NCBI RefSeq assembly: GCF_006345805.1
Contig: NC_042997.1
Coordinates: 123,566,001-123,630,000, forward strand
Source of the DNA: Octopus sinensis
Taxonomy: Eukaryota
Length of the DNA stretch: 64,000 nt
Reading direction: 5' to 3'
Shown here: positions 39,150 through 52,484 of the stretch, piece after piece
Position numbering within the stretch: the stretch's first letter is position 1
Layout: each line of letters begins with the position of its first letter
Notes under the pieces: model-generated
What the model was told of the DNA's origin: nothing
Databases searched by the model: none
What the model saw: only the letters and a program-made list of their open reading frames with translations
Made by a program: the position numbers and the translations under genes

Positions 39150-39365
39150 ATTGGTTTAAATAATGGCACAAAGCTGGGCATTTCGGTCGAGGGGTAAGTC
39201 GATATCATTAAACTTAACAATGAACTGGTATTCACTTTATTCATCCCAAAACAATGAAATGCTGAACCAACCTCCGTGGATTTGAACTCAGAAAGTAAAG
39301 AGGAATGAATTGTCGCCAAGCATCTTGTCCAGTGTGCTAACAATACGGCCAGTTCGTTGCCTTAT
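39150..39365 (-). mobile_element. Decayed Deu-like SINE
   Basis: TTCATCCC..ATGAAA..CCTCCGTGGATTTGAACTCAG. Confidence 0.6.
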
Positions 39366-39447
39366 AAACAGTAATATATTGGTTTCAAGTTTTGGCATAA
39401 AGCCAGCTGTCTTGGAGAAGTGTCCAAGTCGATTACGTTGACCCAGT

Positions 39448-39752
39448 GCGAGTGGCTTAGTGTTTAGAGTAATCGGTTCGCGGTCGTAAGGCCGTGAGTT
39501 CGATTACTGGCGGCACGTTTTGTGCTTGAGCAAGACACTTCATTTCACGTTGCTCCAGTTCGCTCTGCCGGCAAAATGAGTTATACCTGTAATTAAAAGG
39601 GTCGGCTTTGTCACATTCTGTGTCGCTCTGAATCTCTCTAAGAACTGCGTTAAGAGTACGCGTGACTTTGAAGTGCTCAGCCACTTTCTATAATTTCACA
39701 ACCAGGTTGTTCCGTTAATCAGATCCCTTGTCGTCGTAACCGACGGAGAGCC
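39448..39752 (+). mobile_element. tRNA-SINE with CORE-like middle and a 3' tail shared with 62617
   Basis: Box A TGGCTTAGTG, box B GAGTTCGATT, TTGAGCAAGACACTT; tail GGGTCGGCTTTGTCAC..GTAACCGACGGAG. Confidence 0.7.
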
Positions 39753-40606
39753 TGTGAATTCAACCTCGGCGGAATTTGAATTTGCATTGTAAAAATTACT
39801 ATATTTTGATGATATAATACACATTTGATGATATAATACACACTACACTACCCACTGCTTCAATTTGAGGAAACAAACCCCCAAAACCGCATATCTCGAG
39901 AACCCGTGGTCCGATTTATGTGAAACCTGTTCTATCCTGTTTGTATTCACATTTCAGGGGTAACTAATTTTGAGTCTAGTTTCCCATTATGCGCCAGTTT
40001 AGATGTATTACGGTATAGACAAATGTGAGAGCAAGCACGAAAACAACCACAGAGTTTTAGTAGTGTATCTATATATACTGAAAAGTTTCATGACTTCACA
40101 TATTCATTTATGATACCTCTATATTGCGAGTTTTGTCTAATTTCGATGTCGCCTTTCTTTTATAAAGAGGCTACCAAAATTTATGCTGTACACTTTGTGT
40201 ATGTAAATAAACTCTCTTTATTCATGTATTTGTTTTCCCAATGTCTCATTCAAAACTTTTAATAATCCGAAAATATCTCTGTTGCAGTCTCGTCTGGAAG
40301 ATTTCTGGATATTGCCGCGAGTACAAGAAAAATGATTTATTTTTAAAAAATTAATTTTTAATTTCTCGAGTCTGTCTCTCATTTTCTTCCTGAATCCTAA
40401 CGATTGCCGCTAGGATATTAATTTCCTTCACTTTCTGAATAGAAGCAGTCAATATATTATATATATATATTTTTTTTTTGGCGTATGTCATTCCGTACAA
40501 TTATATGTTTCAAACAAACTTTGGCATATTTGTGTTATTTCCCTGAGCATAATTCAATTTATTTTATAATCAGTGTACAAATCATTCCTCTTCAAATATA
40601 GTTTGT

Positions 40607-40666
<60 letters not shown>

Positions 40667-42086
40667 TTAAAATTTCGCTACTAATTTGGTTTTTAATTAA
40701 TTCTTAGTTTATTGATATTATCGGTCCCTTCTTCCGTTCCAAGTCTTTAACAATATCAGTTAGTTGTTTGGCGATTTTCTTCCAGTGAAATAGACAATTA
40801 GAATTCAGTGATATACTTTGTATGCACGTCATTCGGTACATTCGTATATACTTGATTTACTTCAATCCTCAACTTTAGCATATTAAATTAAATAACTTTT
40901 TGTTCATTATATAAAACTCTACTCCTCTAAATTAGCCGTAAACAATTTTCTACACATTAAATAATGTTTATTACTCACGTTTTTTCTGCATTCTCTTTCT
41001 CTCCCCAACAAGTTTCAATAAGAGGAGCAAATTTCGCTCATTTTTGTCGCCGTTCGCATTATCAAAGTCCAGAGTTTCACTGAAATATATGTATCGTAAA
41101 TACATTTTTGAGACTGAGTCTTAATTTATTGCAGATACATCTCAGACGTCGTTGTGCTGTATCATGGGGATTTCATTTTGAGGAAATTTTCTCTTTTCCA
41201 ATAATATTTTGCGTAAGTTAGTCATTATAACTCTGTGTACTGCAAATACAAGAAATGATATTTTTTAGCACACATGTTCAAACCATTGATCACAAGTAGA
41301 GCCCGATTAGGTCAAGCTGTACACAGGAAGTAGAACAGATACATTTTCTTTTTACAGAGTATAAATTCAAACTAAAAGAGAACAACTGAAAGCGCAAGAA
41401 ATTGCCGGCCACCAAAACCGAACAGGTGAGGAATTCTCCATATCGCCGCTTATGGCCACTGAAAATTCTAGAAATAACTGCCAATTCTTTGTGTAGTTTG
41501 GCGCGTACTCTAATGTAAATATATATAAGTATGGTCTGGAAGTGAGCTATATTGAATGCCGTCAGTCCAAATAACGCAGAGCTGTTTAGATATGGAATGT
41601 TTATTATCTATTGTGTATTTTGAATTGTGACATTTAAGGATGGAAAAAATACTATTGTGTCACATTCTTACACAGGAACATATTCTGCATCGCTTTGCCA
41701 TTTAAATGTCGATAAATAACGTAATTAGTTTTGAAAAGGTCGAGGATTTTAATTATATATTTTCCTTGCGTCATTTAAAATTTGTGTAGTGATTTCCTGA
41801 CTACTTAACAGAACAAAACTTCTGAACATAAGATCAACATGGCAACCTATTTGCGGCTGCTACACCTGCTGAAAATAGTACTAAATCTCACCCTAATCGC
41901 TTCTATTACTCAAAGTAGTCACCTATCCAATGTGATACTTTGTTCATGTTCTTCTGAAATTAACGGTAAAGACAAGCAATATGAAAATAAGAGAGAACTA
42001 ATGATCATCGTCATTCTCATCATCATCAACAACATTTTTTCTCAGTGTCGTCGTCATCACCATCATCATCCACAAAATCCTCAGAT

Positions 42087-42293
42087 AATACAGTTCTATA
42101 TTTAAGAGATGAGGAATTATGTACATTATATACATTTGACGGACATATGTCCTCATCTTGTTTGTTGTTAACACAACGTTTCGGCTAATATACTCTCCAG
42201 CCTTCATAACTATGGTGTAGTGGTTAAAAGCGACGGGCTACGAACCGCGAGATTCCGAGATTCCAAGCAGTGACTTGAATAATAATAATGATA

Positions 42294-42325
<32 letters not shown>

Positions 42326-42338
42326 GATGATAATGATA

Positions 42339-42434
<96 letters not shown>

Positions 42435-42476
42435 GTGATGATAATAATGATAACAATAATAATGATAATAATAATA
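42087..42476 (+). mobile_element. Hammerhead-SINE copy: inverted tail, tRNA head and expanded (AAT)/(GAT)n; forward tail missing
   Basis: Inverted tail 42087-42207 abuts head at 42208; SSR 42279-42476. Confidence 0.75.
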
Positions 42477-42818
42477 TGCCTCTTGATTGATCTTCATATA
42501 AACCCCGATATTCCCTAGTCAAACATATTGGAAAGAAATAACGGTTTTAAATCTTGGCCCATAGTCAGCGGTTTTAAAAGTTGGCATAGGTTGATTACAT
42601 CAGCCAGTTGGTTCAACTGGATTATTTTTAATACAAACTTAAAGGATAAAAGGTAATGTATATGTCGGCGGAGTTGGAACATAGAACTTCAAAAGCCGGA
42701 AGCAATTCCTCTATGCATTTTGTCTGAATCTTACGCTCCGATATTATTTTACTCTTGTTCAGATACATTACCTGCTTCTCGATATTCTAAAGAGAGGTTT
42801 TTTTTTCTCCACGAACAG

Positions 42819-42824
42819 GGAACG
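42819..42824 (+). other. Candidate 6-nt microexon GGAACG
   Basis: TTTTTTTTTCTCCACGAACAG|GGAACG|GTGAGT. Confidence 0.25.
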
Positions 42825-44034
42825 GTGAGTCATGACTTGTACCGCGAAAAATAATACTGATACTCGCATCCGAAGTTCTGTTGCAGCAGCGCTGTAGGTC
42901 TCATACATAGCATACGTACCACACCATATATGCCATGGACATCGATCATAGGGAGAAATGAAAGACAAAAAATACTAAAATGCTACTGTTTGCGATCATT
43001 CAAAGGAAGCCGCGCATCGAAATTTGTATTTTTTCAAAAGAACAAATGCGTGAGCTAACACTGTTACTCACTATCTCTTCCTCATTACACACATGCGCTA
43101 TTGCTTTCTTATATAGACACACAAGAATTACATAAAAGCAGTCGTACTGAGATATCGATAAAGAATATTTTGCATGCCAAAAGTTGTAACATGGTATGGG
43201 TAACCAGGAATAACAACACCGTGTTGGGATTCAGACCCCTCTACATGTAATAAATTAATAGGTGAAAATGCTTTTGTTCTTCCCGGAATAAATCTAATAT
43301 TAAGGTTACTTGATTGATCAAACACGAACGATATATTTTCACCGAAACCGTATAGATCTCAATTCCTTATATTGACGCAAATACAGAAGGCAGCTGATGC
43401 CAATCAGGCTAAAAGTACTATTCACGTCAGCTATTAAAAGCTGTATATAACATAATAATTATTTATAATGGCCTTTAAATTTGTAAGCTTGTGTTTTTAG
43501 TCGTTCTTACAAATAAACAGCACTTCAGTTTCAAAATAAACACGGATTAAATATTCCCGATTATGGTTATAGTAAACCATCTTCCTTCAGATAATCGCTA
43601 CATACAATCACGTTAAGAATTCCTTCTAGATTCATTCTCAAAATACAATTACAAATAACATCAGGTTTCATGTTTTTTCTCTTTTCGCTTATTTTCATTT
43701 TATTTCCTGAGGCTGAATCAGGCATTACAATTAATTCTCATTATTATTATGTCCTATGTTACAACTACAGTTTGCTAAACATTTACTCATAAAGGCAAAA
43801 ATATATCTTTTCATCTTCCTTATGTTTCTATTCATTGTTAAAATCTTGCTTTTTAGTTATTTTTTAAAAATTTCTTAGCGATGTTAAGTATATACTTATT
43901 TCTCGTTTTCTTTGCCAGGCATAAAGTGATCAAAAAGTAAGTATTAACATAACTTTTATTTAATCCCATGACCAAGAGATACGTATAAACACAGTGTGAT
44001 ACGCTTACACAAGGACTTTTCCACCAGCTAGAAA

Positions 44035-44850
44035 TAATGGTTTCAAATTTTGTCATAAGGCTAGCATTTTCAGAGGTGGTTAGGTAAGTTGATTATATAT
44101 GTTTCTTTACTACCCAGAAGGCGCTAAACACAGACAGGGCAAACAAGGACAGACAAACGGATTAAGTAGATTATATCGACCCCAGTGCGTAACTGGTACT
44201 TATTTAATCGAACCCGAAAGGATGAAAGGCGAAATCGACCTCGGTGGAATTTGAACTCAGAATGTAGCGGCAGACGAAATACCTATTTCTTTATTACCCA
44301 CAAGGGGCTAAACATAGAGGAGACAAACATGGACAGACATAGGTATTAAGTCGATTATATCGACCCCAGTGCTTAACTGGTACTTAATTTATCGACCCCG
44401 AAAGGATCAAAGGCAAAGCCGACCTCGGCGGAATTTGAACTAACAACGTAACGGCAGACGAAATACCGCTAAGCATTTCGCCCAGCGTGCTAACCATTCT
44501 GCCTATTCGCCGCCTTACGGTATATTCGTTTCGACTCTAGGCACAAGGCCCTGCATTTTGAGGGAGGAAGCCAGTCGATTAGATCGACCCCAGTACGCAA
44601 CTGGTACTTAATTTATCGACCCCGAAAGGATGAAAGGCAAAGTCGACCTCGGCGGAATTTGAACTCAGAATGTAACGGCAGACGAAATACCGCTAAGCAT
44701 TTCACCCGGTTGTAAGTTGATTATATCGACCCTAGTGCTAAACGGATACTTATTTTATCGACTGTCAAAGTTTGAATGCCAATGACAACCTCGGTGGAAT
44801 TTGAAATCAGAACGCAAAGCGGACGAAATGCCGTTAAAATATTTTTGCCC
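44035..44850 (-). mobile_element. Cluster of four Deu-like SINE units including a dimer
   Basis: Four copies of the ATCGACCCC..GGAATTTGAA..GACGAAAT block; dimer junction at 44283/44284. Confidence 0.85.
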
Positions 44851-45829
44851 AGCTTGTTGAATTAGATCAGCTAGAAACAATAGCTGAGCTTTGTGAAATA
44901 CAGTAAAACACACTGGGTCAATGACTTCATGCCTGACTAAAAATAACGAAATACGCGTTTCTAAAACATGTGACACTGGCAACAATAGACAACGATATAC
45001 GCACATACTAGAAATTATTAATGTAATATCTGTCATCGATTTGTAAACCCATTACAATAACATTTTTGTTTGCAACCAAATATAATTACAGCTTTCCTAT
45101 ATTAAATTTCATACTGACAATGTTTGTGCACGTCAAACTAATGCTGTAGTAAGTTATGATAACTCAAGTAAATATTTTTCATTTATTTGTATTTATTGTT
45201 GTCGGTGGCGATGAATTGCTTTCAAATTCATGTAGGTTAACCATAAGAAATAAGTTGAAAAATATTTTGTGTACATTTTAGAAAAAAAATCTTACGAAAG
45301 TTATGTTATGTAAATGTTTATGTAATTAAAAAATGGCTAATATTTCTTCTCTTTCACCGTCTACTAAGATTATTAACTCAAAGCAAATTATTCTTCTAGG
45401 AATTTTAGTAGAATTGTTCTGCAGTACCGATTATTACACACTTAGAATTAAGTATAAAATTAGTTGCAATGTAATCAATCTGTCAATGTTTAGTGTATAT
45501 GACCACTCAAGTGGGTATTACTAAATACATATAGTGAAAGAGTTTCATTAAGTAAAAAAAAGCAGCCAATTTTTTATCGCTTCTGATATATCAACATTGT
45601 TCTAAAACTTCAAACAATTATTTCATTGTGTTCTGTGTAAAGATATATGCAACGTTGTATAGCGTTTTGTGTAACGATCTACTAGATCTAAAGGCATCTG
45701 CATAACCGCACAAACTATAAGAAATAGCAGACAAATCACTCTCAGTTACCAGTAAATAGCGTTAGAAAAGAATAAATACAGACTGGAGAATAAACGTGCT
45801 TCATATTTTCTTAATATATTGTGGCTATA

Positions 45830-46070
<241 letters not shown>

Positions 46071-46099
46071 TAAATATATGAAAGAATGGAGCTGAACGA

Positions 46100-48990
46100 C
46101 GAATTAACAAAATTCCTTTATTTTCGACATATGTTTCGAAGGCTGCATATTCCTAATTGCGAAGGAATAAGGAGTACATTTTGCCGCTTTCTCATCAGGA
46201 AAAGCAAGGAACTTATGTCCACATCAAAATGCACAAAAAACTTTTAGATGATTGCTCACACGAAGCCCATAGCGATAATGAGTGTCTCTTAAAATATTCC
46301 TTTATAAGGAGTGACGTCAAAATGGTTGGATATAGAAGGTTCTAAAGGTTCAAGGGTTCAAACGAAGTTGGAGGAGAGAGGCATAAGAATAGGAAGGTGA
46401 AAGGGTGCAGGTCATATGAATGGTGGGTTTTGTTAATTTCTTTTGTGAATGAGTGCCTGTGTGTGTGACTGTATATAACTGCATTAATGTGTGTGTGTGT
46501 GTGTGTGCGTGATTGTGTATGTGATGGGTAGATGTCAGAAAACAGACAGTGGTGCGGTGAGAGGTTTGTGTCTGTGTGTTTGATTGTACTTACTATAGAA
46601 AGAGGGAAATAGAGAAAGAAAGAGAGAGAAAGAGGAGGGCGAGGTAGAGGGACTAAGGCAACACATACCTCACTGGATTGGGTAGCAGTTCTTTAAAAGT
46701 ACAAAAAAATTATTTTTTGACTATAGGGGTGACATATATATATAAAAAAGTTATATTAATTAAAATTCAAGGGGTTATCTATATTAATCCTTATTCATAT
46801 GAGTGAAAGGTGTGTTTTTGCCAGTGCATGCACCTGTAGGACCTCTCGACGATAGTATTTATTAAAGGGACTTTGGCGAACAAAATATGAAAAAGTTCGG
46901 AATTACAGATGCCACAAAGTTTTCTGCCCTTATCAAACGGAAAGGACACCGACAATATGGACCATTCCAGCTTGAAAGTTGTATTGCTGTCCTTCAGACG
47001 CCAAACTAATTTACTTAGTCCCGTGCTGTGTTGTTTTCTCTTATCTCGGAAAGTTGAATAATGATTGGAGATCCTTTGGGCTAATTTAGAAGTTGCTCCA
47101 ATGTAGAAGAAGACATCGGTAAATGGTGTTTCTAATTTTGGAATTATTGGATAAGAACTTTAATCTGTTGGGGTTAACATCCGATACTAAGACGGATTTT
47201 TTATTGTTGTGATAGGTGTAAATATTGTTGCTAGCATTGGCCACGATACTATTCATCTTATTATCATTACTATTAATTGTAATATCGTCGGTAATTTCTC
47301 TGACTATAGGAATGCTGGTATTGTTATTATCAATAATACAACTGTTATTAGAAATGCTGTTACTATTACCACTAATTATCACTATTGTTAACGCCAATGC
47401 TGCTATGAATGTTGCTAATATCAATACTATTTCTATTATTATTATTATTGTATGTTAGGTTGGAATTGGTAAGGGCAGTGTCACTACTCATGGGTGATGA
47501 GTCCTTATTTAGCAGCTTATTATTATGGGAAGCAATTATCTGCGATAGATTTCTAGTGTTGGAGAATGCAATCCTCACCTTATGCGAATTGATAGTAGAG
47601 TAATACCTAGAATTCCTGGGAAAGTTCCTAGCTATGGCTTCACGGAACTGTAAAGGGAGGTTAGACCTGATTTGTTTCCCGAAAGGAATGACAAACCAGA
47701 TATAGTTTTTTTTTTACTTAGAATGGCTCAGAGTGTTAACATTTACATTAAAGGGAGTATTTCTGTGTTGTAGAATTGGTGTTGGTTTTCGATTGGCTCC
47801 CCTGGTCTGTAAATTATTTTTGGTAATTATATTAGTGTCAACGTTGCTAGAGCTGAAATCATTAATTACATTATTTCTATTGTTATTAGTTTTCTTATCC
47901 TGAGAAGCAAATATTAGTTTAGAATGGGCCGGGTCGATATATGATACCTTATCCCTATAACCGGCTTTTGACAAGGCGGCATTATAAAATTCCGCTTTTT
48001 GTTTAAAAATGTCGACATTCGCAGATAAATTTGATAGTCTTAAGGATATATTTTTAACTAAATTATCGGTGATAGTTTTTGCATGGTTACTGAAAATGCG
48101 GACATATTTAAGGTTAGTAGAAGGCTTATGGTAAGGGAAGTAAGAATTGTTATGCAGATTTAGGGTAACATCTAAGAAGTTGGCTTTAGTTAGTTCGTCG
48201 TCGAAAACTATGCTCATGCCCATTCTGCAAAAAAAAATCTAGCTGATCTGTTTTTAGTCTTCTGTATCATACTGTTCGGAGCGTTCTGTAGGTAAAATAG
48301 ACAATCGTCTCGATACATACCACCGGAGATGTCCGGGAATTGGTCGGCTAATTCATAGAGAATATAGATTCCGACCAGACGGCTATCTGGGCGCTGTCTG
48401 AGCTTCCCATTGGCACATCTAACGCGTTAGGGGTATCCTTACGGACCCATAACTTATCATCGAACTGTATGAAGGATTTTCTAGCCGCTAAAATTATATT
48501 AATTTCCTCCTTTGGGAGGCCTGCCTTATTATGTGCGTGCCATAGGGCCTTATTGAGTACACTGGGGTTGATCGATAGGTAGAAACTAGAAATATCGAAT
48601 TGAATGAATTTTGTGCTGTTTTTATTAGCAATAGAAGAAAACCACTCTACGACTTGAGTGGAGTTATACCATATGTTGAGTTTTAACTTATTGATTAATC
48701 TAGGTATGTATTTATCTAAAATGTACTTACTAATGGAACGGATGTCGGAACTAGAGGGGCATATGAGTCTTAATGCTGGATTGGTGTGAAAGCTTGGTTT
48801 ATGGTCCTTGACGATGAATCTTGGTTGTCTTGGGTTCAGCGGTTGTGTTTTTCTTTGTAATCCATACGTTTCCATGATTTTCTTAATTTCCAAGTTGACT
48901 TGTCTGAGTGTATTCTTATTTGTTGTTCTGTAATTCTTCTGTATTTCTTTCTTGAGCATTTGTAAATACTGGTTTTTTGCTAGCTTATAT
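46100..48990 (-). mobile_element. 5'-truncated PLE (YRDD-type RT plus GIY-YIG) with 3' pseudo-LTR
   Basis: RLICPSSS, QFDISSFY, VPMGSSDSA, GMYRDDCL, NFLDVTLNL, NYIWFVIPF, FYIGAT, TGLSKLVWRLK, CGICNSE, RCMH*. Confidence 0.85.
46121..46203 (-). ncRNA. Type-I hammerhead ribozyme with canonical core
   Basis: TTTTC-CTGATGA-GAAAGCGGC..GCAGCCTTC-GAA-ACATATGT-C-GAAAA; GUC triplet. Confidence 0.7.
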
Positions 48991-48998
48991 GTGTTCCT

Positions 48999-49079
<81 letters not shown>

Positions 49080-49335
49080 ATAATACATATGTGTGTATGT
49101 GTGTGGATGTGTGTGCGTGTGTGTGTCTCTGTGTCTGTGTTTGTCCCCAAATGACGCTTGTCTATCGGTGTTGGTGCGTTTACGTCCCCGTAACTTAGCG
49201 GTGTAGCGAAACAGACTTATTGATTAAGTACTTACCTTTAAGATATAAGCTCTGGCGTCGATTTATTCGATTAAACATCTGAACATGGTGCTCCAGCATG
49301 GCCGTAGTCAATTGAGTGAAAGAAGTAAAAGAATA
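49080..49335 (+). mobile_element. CORE-like SINE 3' half
   Basis: TTTACGTCCCCGTAACTTAGCGG..GGTGCTCCAGCATGGCCG. Confidence 0.7.
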
Positions 49336-49378
49336 AAAAGAAAAAGGAACGATATGCTTGTTCCCTCTCTCTTTCTTA

Positions 49379-49439
<61 letters not shown>

Positions 49440-49599
49440 GAGATATGCAACTATATATACCTACATATACAAGTATGTATACATATTTATTTGCATATAT
49501 AAGATATATGCATACACACATTTGCATATATATTATATACACACAAGCAAATATGCATACATTCGTACGCCATGATGTAAGCTATAACGATATTATGTA

Positions 49600-50870
49600 A
49601 TGCCTGCTGGAAAACCAGACAAATGCTAGAGAACATGAGAAGGAGTACCATAGCGAAGCTACCACAGCAAATTAGTCTCCGTTATTGCAGCAACTTGCGT
49701 GTTAATGTCTGAAACTCGGTACCAGTCATGGTTTTTTACTCATCCCTTGTGCAACGTTTGAAAGAGGCGTTGAATGAAAGATTCAGGAAAGTGCAACCAG
49801 TAATCCGGGTGTTTAAATCATTCTCCGGACCGGTCTTTTAGTGCAGAATATTGTGTAAGAATTGAAGGAACCTCTGGTCATCAGCTTTATCGATTAAAAA
49901 GAAAAGAAAGGTTTGATTGGGTTCAGAAAGAAAAACTGTGGTGCTGTACCAATGAATATTGTTTTGATATTCATTGAAGAAGATATCTCCATCTTTAAGG
50001 GTCTGTATCCCGACTGATGTTGTTGTGTAACAAGTGAAAGTGATAACATAGAATCCTTAAACGTCGTTACAGTTGTGAGTCAGGGCAGAGTTGTTTCCTC
50101 TCATAAATGTTGCTTCTTCTGCTTCTCGATTTAGTCATGTGGAGAGCCATAAATGAGTCAACAGCCGGAATACTGTGGACTATAGGCAAATACCTAGCTG
50201 ATTTGGACTATGTAGATGACGTTGTGCTCCCGGCTGCATCCGCTTAGGGCTCTACTAAATCTGAGCAAAGAGCGATGCAAATTCCTGTGAATTAAAAACA
50301 TCCGTTGAAGACACCACCAATTCCATTTACCTGAGTAGCATTAATACCACAGAAGTGAGCTGTTAATGAGGTAGTTGTTTACCCTAGAATCGGGCGTGCA
50401 GCAGCAGTGTTCAGTAAAATAACCAAGATCTGGTTAATTCTTCGATTAGCAACGGCTTGCTTCTCATGCTATATCAGAACATTGACATCTCAAGATTCTA
50501 CGCCGCGGAGACTTGGAAAATGGCTGTCAAGATTGCTCATTGGCAAGATCCAGCCCACCAACCGTGTCTATGCAACATACTCAAAATCAACTACACGATG
50601 CACTTGACTATCCTTACCAACTGTAAGGTCCTAACAAGAGACAATCTGCGAGGCTTGTAGGAGATTTTAGCAGAAATGTAGGGAGGCGTTCAGGTCATTT
50701 TTTCTAACGGCCAAAAGAATCAATATTCAAGACAACTATACAATGGTGAGTACCAGTGGGAAGAAGAAAGATCAGGAGACACAAGACGTTACGGGTGAGA
50801 CCTTCAAAGAAAATCTGAGTTAACTTAATATCACCTGGGAAGATGCAGGTGACTGATTAAAACCAGGATC
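49600..50870 (+). pseudogene. Decayed RTE LINE RT remnant
   Basis: YLADLDYVDDVVL, FSKITKIW, YAAETWK, LC.ILKI fragments across frameshifts. Confidence 0.7.
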
Positions 50871-52449
50871 ATTTGAGATATTTTGGTACCTGATGTAGAG
50901 ATCACCTGTACGGGGGAAGCGAAGACTGTGATAGTTCAAAATATAGAACCCAACAGTTATTTCAATGTCTATCAGAATGCAACTCACAGTACACAAAATA
51001 ATGGTATTATGAATGGTAGAATGCAAATTACTTTTAGTACACCATATCAAAATCATCCTGAGAATTAATATATGAGAAGTGTTTATATGTAATATGGCAA
51101 ATGTTGGCCACGCAGACAAATACTTCACGATTCACATCTTATTCATTCAAAACATATTGATATAGTACAGAAAATTTTACTAGTTAGTAAAAACTAGATC
51201 AGCGACTGTTACTCACGCGGCCTGCACTTGCGTATAGCCACGTCCACCCTAATAGTTCATAGAGAGATACGGTCCAAGGGCTGAGAATACCGGAGTTCTC
51301 CACTGCCACAGTTTTGACATTAACCTGTCAGATCGACCGTTACTTAGACAGGTTCCATTTCTTAGCTTGGGGAGTTGCGGAGCTTGGTCTGCTAGCTGAA
51401 ATATTTTCAACAATACAAAGGAATCACCGAAATCAAGAAGAGCATATGCAGAATTTTAAAATACCAGGATGAAATATAATTGGTTATGGAAAGGTAGTCT
51501 CCGAAAGGGCGCGCTTTCTCTCCAAATGTTCCCACTTGCTGGCTTCCGTATGCGGAGCTCTCCACTGGTAGCACTTTCATGTAAAATTTTGCAACACATC
51601 AGTTTGGTATTTAAACTTAAACTATCAAAGTAAACTGCGGAGAAATACAGAATAAATAAAAGCCTAAAAAGCTTCATTGTGACATGTTGGTAGCTAGATA
51701 TTTAGGAAAGCTAAAAATATATTAAAACACCGCTGAAGACGAAGTGGAATAAAGCAATATTTTAAAGATGAATTTATAGTAATACTGCAACGATATAAGA
51801 AAGTAAATTTGTATATTAGATAAATTAAATTGACACATACAGAAATAAAAAATAAATAAGAATAATGGGTATTAAACCACAGAATCAATACATATACATA
51901 TGTAAATACATACACACACGCAGACACAAATACACACACACACATACAAAATATGTATATTTATATATATATATAATAACTCATCTTCACATCAGGTCAC
52001 GAAAAAATATCACATTCAGTACAGACATATGCGCATGCACAATTTTATTATAACTTGAAACAAGAGGACGAAGATTAAACGAATGAAAAACGTTATTTAT
52101 ATTTGACGGATATTTGTCCTCATCTTGTTTATTGTGAACAAAATGTTTCGGTTGATATAACCTCTATAAATGGCTGATGATTGATCAACATTTTAAAACT
52201 GTTGTAATATTTACAATATTTAATAAATGATGTAGCGTGAAACGATCGTACCAAATTACCTAAGTTATTCTTGTTGCTTATTTTTGATGATGATATATAT
52301 ATATATATATATATATAAACATACACACACGTATCTACATAGTGTAAAAGGTAGAATGGATAATAATGGAGACATTGGTATGAACACACTCATCCACATA
52401 CACACATACATATACATACATAAAAACATAGCTACATACATTCATGTGG

Positions 52450-52484
<35 letters not shown>

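Noticed and set aside
44035-44850. Repeat cluster as a CRISPR-like array
   Set aside because: The units are ~200-bp diverged SINE copies without unique spacers, in a eukaryotic context.
51456-51677. ORF with a signal-peptide-like start MKLFRLLFILYFSAV
   Set aside because: The hydrophobic stretch coincides with a polypyrimidine acceptor tract, and no family is recognisable.
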